Shown here: positions 59,797 through 64,000 of the stretch, piece by piece | Layout of the letters: every line of letters starts with the position of its first letter | Numbering within the stretch: position 1 is the first letter of the stretch | Assembly: GCA_965237465.1 (NCBI GenBank) | Contig: OZ250138.1 | Location: 494,813-558,812, forward strand | Direction of reading: 5' to 3' | DNA length: 64,000 bases | Source of the DNA: Dehalococcoidia bacterium | GTDB taxonomy: Bacteria; Chloroflexota; Dehalococcoidia; UBA6926 | Made by a program: the position numbers and the translations under genes | The notes under the pieces: generated by a model | Told to the model about the DNA's origin: nothing | Database searches by the model: none | The model's input: only the letters and a program-made list of their open reading frames with translations

Positions 59797-60594
59797 ATGG
59801 ACCTTGACCTTTCGGGCCGAAGCGTTCTTGTCACCGGAGGCAGCGGCGGCATTGGCGTGGTCGTCGCGGAAGCGTTCGCGCGCGACGGGGCAAACGTATA
59901 CATCGGGGCGCGCGGCGAGGCGGGCCTACAGGCCGCCGCCGAACGAATCGCTTCCCGCGCAGGTGTTCCCGTTCGCACCGTTCAGATGGATGTTACGGAT
60001 GAGGGCTCAATAAAGGCGGCGGTGGAGCGCATCGCAGGCGATACGGGCAGGCTCGATGTCGTTGTCAATTCCGCCGTGGATGTTGTTGGGGGCCCTCCGG
60101 GCGCACCGTCAGATATGTCTGCATCCACACTGGGGAACGCGTTTGACGTCAAGGTTTTGGGGGCGTTGCGAGTCGTGCAGGGCTCATTGCCCCCGATGCG
60201 CGCCGCAGGATACGGGCGGATTATTGCTATCGGCGGCGGGTCAGCGCGACAGGCCGGACAGATGAGCGCGGGTGTCCGCAATTCCGCCCTCGCCGCGCTG
60301 TGTAAGAATCTTGCGGATGAGGTGGGCCCGCACGGCATAACAGTCAATGTCATCCACCCCGGCGGCGTCCTGACGGATCGGAGCCGCAGTCGCGTTGAAG
60401 AGGAGATGAGTAAGGCCGGAGGGACTTTTGAAGAGGCGGAGGGACGCTTGGCCGCGGCTGTTCCTATCCGACGGATGATCCATCCGGAGGACATCGCATC
60501 TCTGGCTGTCTTCCTCGCATCCCCCGCCGCCGCGGCGATCACGGGCCAAACCATTGCCGTAGATGGCGGTTCAACCCGGACGATTACGTACTAG
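59797..60594 (+). CDS. Short-chain dehydrogenase/reductase (SDR) family oxidoreductase
   Basis: TGGSGGIG, NSAV, and the catalytic S/Y…K region (SAGVRNSALAALCK). Confidence 0.8.
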   Translation: MDLDLSGRSVLVTGGSGGIGVVVAEAFARDGANVYIGARGEAGLQAAAERIASRAGVPVRTVQMDVTDEGSIKAAVERIAGDTGRLDVVVNSAVDVVGGPPGAPSDMSASTLGNAFDVKVLGALRVVQGSLPPMRAAGYGRIIAIGGGSARQAGQMSAGVRNSALAALCKNLADEVGPHGITVNVIHPGGVLTDRSRSRVEEEMSKAGGTFEEAEGRLAAAVPIRRMIHPEDIASLAVFLASPAAAAITGQTIAVDGGSTRTITY

Positions 60595-60665
60595 GCTGCT
60601 TTCGCCAATCGGCCGAGCGTTAGGCGGGCCACGCCGGACAGTCATGTCCGTGGCTTGGAGGGTCT

Positions 60666-63350
60666 TTAGTCAAGAAAGCCAGGGACAGCGCTGAGCGCCT
60701 CATCGAGTTTGCTTAGATCACGTCCTCCGGCGCTAGCGAATTCGGGGCGGCCGCCGCCGCCGCCGCCGACTATCGATGCCGTCTGCTTAACGATCCTCGC
60801 GGCATCATAGGGATCGCCGCGTCCAGCCAAATCCTCACTGACGACGCAGACCAGCGCAGGTCGTCCCCCAACGTCGGCGCCCAAGACGATAACGCCGGAA
60901 CCAAGAGCGTTTCTCGTCTGATCCGCAATGTCTCGGAGGAGGTCGGTGGAGGTGATATCAGATACACGGGCCGCAAGGACATTCACCGGCGGCTCGCCGA
61001 TGGCCCTGGCCTGCTGCAAGAGCGACTGGATCTGGGATCGCGCCCGGTCACGCTCCATGGCATCAGTTCGGCGCCTAAGCTGCTCAATGTCATCAAGGTG
61101 ATGGCCTACGCGTTCCTCGAGCTGATCCGGCGGAACGTTGAGCTGGCGCGAGAGACGCTCCAGGACCGAAAGTCGGCCTCGTATGAGTTCGTCCGCGCTT
61201 GACCCTGCCACCGCCTCTACGCGACGAACTCCGGAGCCGATTGACCCTTCGCCGATGACGTAGATGAAACCAACCTCGCCCGTCGCGTGGACGTGCGTCC
61301 CTCCGCAGAGTTCATGGCTGAACGGCGCGCCGCCAGCCTCGTCGCCGTCAATCGAAACAGTTCGCACATCGTTGCCGTAGCGATCTCCAAAGAACGCAAG
61401 CGCGCCGGATGCCAGCGCTTCCTGAATTGGCTGCACCAGCGACTGAACGACGATGTTGCGAATGACGCGAGCGTTCACAGCGTGCGTCACCGCGGCAATC
61501 TCGTGCTCGTTGAGCGGCGCCATGTGCGAAAAGTCGAAGCGTAGGTGGTCGGGCGACACATATGAGCCTGCCTGCCGGACATGGCCGCCTAGCGTGGCGC
61601 GGAGAGCGGCATGCAACAAATGCGTGGCCGTGTGATGCCGCGTGGACTGTCCCCGCCGCGCCGGGTCCACCTCGAGCGTGACCTCGTCGCCAACGCTCAG
61701 GGTTCCCTCTTCGACCACGCCGCTATGAACGATGAACTCCGGTCTCTCCGGCACAGGACGTTGCGTGTCCATGATTCGTGCAACCCCTCCGCGGGACCGA
61801 ATAACGCCGACATCCCCAACCTGGCCGCCTCCCTCGGGATAAAACGGCGTGCGGGCCGTGACAACTTCCACCTGTTGATGCTGGGAGGCAGACTCTGTGA
61901 CTCCGCCGCCAACGATCAATCCGGTGATCGCGCTTTCATCCCTGGCATGTTCATATCCGGTGAACTGCGTGGACAGGCTTGCAAGCAGCCGATAGGCCTC
62001 GGAGGACTCAGCGCCGCCCGAAAAAGTCGTGGCTGCCCTGCCCCGCTCACGTTGGGCATCCATTTCCCGCTGAAAGCCCTCGCGATCCGCGGCCATACCA
62101 CGATCCGTCGCAACTTCCTCTGCCATCTCCAGCGGAAAGCCGTACGTGTCATAGAGCCGGAAAAGGGCATCGCCGGGGACGATCGTCTTTCCCTGTTCCT
62201 GAAGCTGTTGAACGACTTCATCCAATAAGGCGGTGCCTACCGAGAGTGTTCGGCTAAACTGCTCCTCTTCACGGGTTACCGTCTGAACAATGTGATCCTG
62301 AGCGTTTAGCAGACCGGGGTACGCCGCCGCCATCAGCGGGATAACGGCCTCGGTCACGATGCGGCCAAAGAATGGCTCTGTGACCCCAATGCGTTGCCCA
62401 AAACGGATGCCGCGACGGAGAACGCGGCGCAGGACGTAGTCACGGCCTTCATTGCCCGGGGTTACGCCGTCCATGATGAGAAAGGCGCCGGATCGCGCAT
62501 GTTCCGCCATAATGCGCAGCGCGCGGTCCACATCAGCGTCCTGGCCGTATGTGACGCCTGCAATGGCAGCCGCCTCGGCTATCAGAGGCGTGAAGAGGTC
62601 GGTCGAATAGATATTTTCGGCGCGCTGAACGATTGCGGCCAGGCGCTCCAGCCCCATGCCGGTGTCGATGTTCTTTTGTTCAAGAGGTGTCCGGGAGCCA
62701 TCGACGGCCTGATTGAACTCCATGAAGACCAGATTCCATATTTCGACAAACCGGCCGCACTCACAGTTTGGCCCACACGACGCGTCATGAAATGGCTCGC
62801 CGGGCGTCAGATCGTAGTGGAGTTCCGAGCAAGGACCGCAGGGCCCGCTATTGCCGGCGGGTCCCCACCAGTTGTCGGTTGCGCCGAATCGGCGAATGCG
62901 TTCAGCCGCTACACCGGCCTCCTGCCACAGGGCTGCGGCAACGTCATCATCCAGGTAGACAGTCGCCCACAGGCGTTCCGGGTCAAGGCCAACCTGTAGC
63001 GCGCAGAATTCCCAGGCCAACTCAATGGCGCCCGGCTTGAAGTAATCGCCAAAGGAGAAGTTGCCCAACATCTCAAAGAACGTGAGGTGCGTCGTATCGC
63101 CCACCTCGTTGACGTCAGTCGTGCGGAACGACTTTTGGACTGACGTCAGGCGCGTGTTCGTCGGGGCCGCTTCACCGAGAAAGAAGGGCTTGAACTGGAC
63201 CATGCCAGCTGTGGTGAAAAGCAGGGTTGGATCATCCTGCGGGAGCAGGGAGGACGAGGGGACTCGCGAATGTCCCTTCGACTCAAAGAAGCTCAGGAAG
63301 AGCTCACGAAGCTCGGGGCCGGTCCGGAAGGGCGGATGGTTTGATGTCAT
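60666..63350 (-). CDS. alaS: Alanine--tRNA ligase
   Basis: Full-length AlaRS (894 aa) with the catalytic core, the HxxxH…CGGTH editing domain, and a C-terminal DHHA1 domain. Confidence 0.95.
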   Translation of the reverse strand: MTSNHPPFRTGPELRELFLSFFESKGHSRVPSSSLLPQDDPTLLFTTAGMVQFKPFFLGEAAPTNTRLTSVQKSFRTTDVNEVGDTTHLTFFEMLGNFSFGDYFKPGAIELAWEFCALQVGLDPERLWATVYLDDDVAAALWQEAGVAAERIRRFGATDNWWGPAGNSGPCGPCSELHYDLTPGEPFHDASCGPNCECGRFVEIWNLVFMEFNQAVDGSRTPLEQKNIDTGMGLERLAAIVQRAENIYSTDLFTPLIAEAAAIAGVTYGQDADVDRALRIMAEHARSGAFLIMDGVTPGNEGRDYVLRRVLRRGIRFGQRIGVTEPFFGRIVTEAVIPLMAAAYPGLLNAQDHIVQTVTREEEQFSRTLSVGTALLDEVVQQLQEQGKTIVPGDALFRLYDTYGFPLEMAEEVATDRGMAADREGFQREMDAQRERGRAATTFSGGAESSEAYRLLASLSTQFTGYEHARDESAITGLIVGGGVTESASQHQQVEVVTARTPFYPEGGGQVGDVGVIRSRGGVARIMDTQRPVPERPEFIVHSGVVEEGTLSVGDEVTLEVDPARRGQSTRHHTATHLLHAALRATLGGHVRQAGSYVSPDHLRFDFSHMAPLNEHEIAAVTHAVNARVIRNIVVQSLVQPIQEALASGALAFFGDRYGNDVRTVSIDGDEAGGAPFSHELCGGTHVHATGEVGFIYVIGEGSIGSGVRRVEAVAGSSADELIRGRLSVLERLSRQLNVPPDQLEERVGHHLDDIEQLRRRTDAMERDRARSQIQSLLQQARAIGEPPVNVLAARVSDITSTDLLRDIADQTRNALGSGVIVLGADVGGRPALVCVVSEDLAGRGDPYDAARIVKQTASIVGGGGGGRPEFASAGGRDLSKLDEALSAVPGFLD

Positions 63351-63543
63351 TGTATGAATTCGTGTCCCAGAAATTCGTCAGTGGGCGCCAAGAACGCAGC
63401 CGCGTCGGCGTTGCGGCGTCGGCCTCTTTTGGCCAGTTCCATTGTAGCGGAGCGCCGCATTCTCAGTGAATACGCGGACAGCGCTGGTCGCGTTTCGCCA
63501 GCCTGGTCGGATTGCCGGCAACGCTCCCCCCTATACTCAACGT

Positions 63544-64000
63544 ATGGACTACGCGGAGGCTGTCGGGTGGATTCTCGGCATGACGGATTTTGAACGAGGC
63601 GCGGCCCCGTCGGGCGGCGGCGAGGCCGATTTCCCGGCGCGACGCTGGGACCTGACGCGCGTTCGCGAGTTGTTGCGCCGCCTTGGCGACCCGCATCTTG
63701 GACCAGTGACGCTCCACGTGGCCGGCACAAAGGGGAAGGGCAGCACGTGCGCCCTGTTGGCTGCGTCGCTCTCGACGTCCGGGTATCGAACCGGCATGTT
63801 CACGTCCCCGCACCTCCACACGATTCGGGAGCGAATTGCTCTTGACGGCATTCCCTGTTCCGAGCAGGAATTTGCCGACGCCGCCACGACGGTTCGGCCC
63901 ATCGTCGAGGCTGTGGATGCGGCGCAGAAATATGGAACCTTAACGACATTCGAGACGCTTACTGCGCTGGCATTCGTGATCTTTCGGGCGCATGACGTCG
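63544..64000 (+). CDS. folC: Dihydrofolate synthase / folylpolyglutamate synthase (partial, continues beyond right edge)
   Basis: Manual translation reads MDYAEAVGWILGMTDFERG…GPVTLHVAGTKGKGSTCALLAASL…FTSPHLHTIRERI…, carrying the Mur-ligase P-loop and the FolC SPHL motif. It is not in the track because there is no stop in the window. Confidence 0.8.
   Translation, partial: MDYAEAVGWILGMTDFERGAAPSGGGEADFPARRWDLTRVRELLRRLGDPHLGPVTLHVAGTKGKGSTCALLAASLSTSGYRTGMFTSPHLHTIRERIALDGIPCSEQEFADAATTVRPIVEAVDAAQKYGTLTTFETLTALAFVIFRAHDV

Noticed and set aside
63354-63593. 79-aa plus ORF at alaS/folC junction
   Set aside because: It is out of frame with, and overlapped by, the clearly conserved folC reading frame that begins at 63544. 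The composition is Arg/Ser-rich.
1-64000. tRNA genes, CRISPR arrays, IS/transposase or integrase genes, restriction-modification or other defence systems
   Set aside because: There is no T-loop consensus (GGTTCGAATCC-like) in intergenic DNA. There are no short regularly spaced direct repeats. No ORF has transposase, recombinase, nuclease or methyltransferase signatures. The window appears to be core chromosome.

Overview
High-GC (about 62-65%) bacterial chromosomal segment, tightly packed with housekeeping genes on both strands. No mobile element, CRISPR array or tRNA was recognised.

Genes I can support from the sequence, in order:
- ABC-2 exporter, permease plus ATPase.
- Glycerophosphodiester phosphodiesterase.
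- thyX.
- moaC-moaA-rdgB.
- An archaeal-type bifunctional FBP aldolase/phosphatase.
- A crotonase.
- A ThrC-family PLP enzyme followed by a NIL-domain protein and a MoaD/ThiS-like GG-terminated sulfur carrier.
- tgt.
- ctaB.
- A cupredoxin lipoprotein.
- An HExxH lipoprotein.
- An EF-G paralog.
- etfB-etfA, divergent from a membrane Fe-S/CCG oxidoreductase (EtfD-like).
- hflK-hflC.
- An EndoIII-like glycosylase.
- A flavodoxin-like FMN reductase.
- pyrF.
- An AEC transporter.
- A HIT Ap4A-phosphorylase-like protein.
- A YyaL-like thioredoxin-domain protein.
- secA.
- prs, divergent from purA.
- dapB-asd-yggS-dapA.
- rpsO-pnp.
- aroE-aroC-aroKB (AroK-AroB fusion).
- ruvX.
- Two SDR/NAD(P)-binding oxidoreductases.
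- alaS.
- A partial folC at the right edge.

Features the six-frame ORF track misses or splits:
1. A glycine/sarcosine/betaine-reductase-type selenoprotein locus: grdB-grdE divergent from grdC-grdA plus a glutaredoxin-like protein. grdB and grdA each carry an in-frame UGA (Sec) codon followed by a bSECIS-like hairpin, so the track splits them into fragments.
2. An RNase P RNA gene (rnpB) on the minus strand at about 54.19-54.61 kb, where the track shows only spurious ORFs.
3. A 1.3 kb gene-free region (41.4-42.66 kb) between purA and dapA. It holds about 2.5 copies of a 200 bp G-rich tandem repeat carrying a perfect hairpin motif (TTCCGGCTTTCGCCGGAA + TGACG). That motif recurs upstream of the cupredoxin gene near 16.64 kb.
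4. Partial genes at both window edges (MpaB/DUF2236-like at the left, folC at the right).

Several track ORFs begin with non-ATG codons or carry long spurious N-terminal extensions. I trimmed these to SD-supported starts. Coordinates taken from manual codon counting may be off by 1-3 nt.
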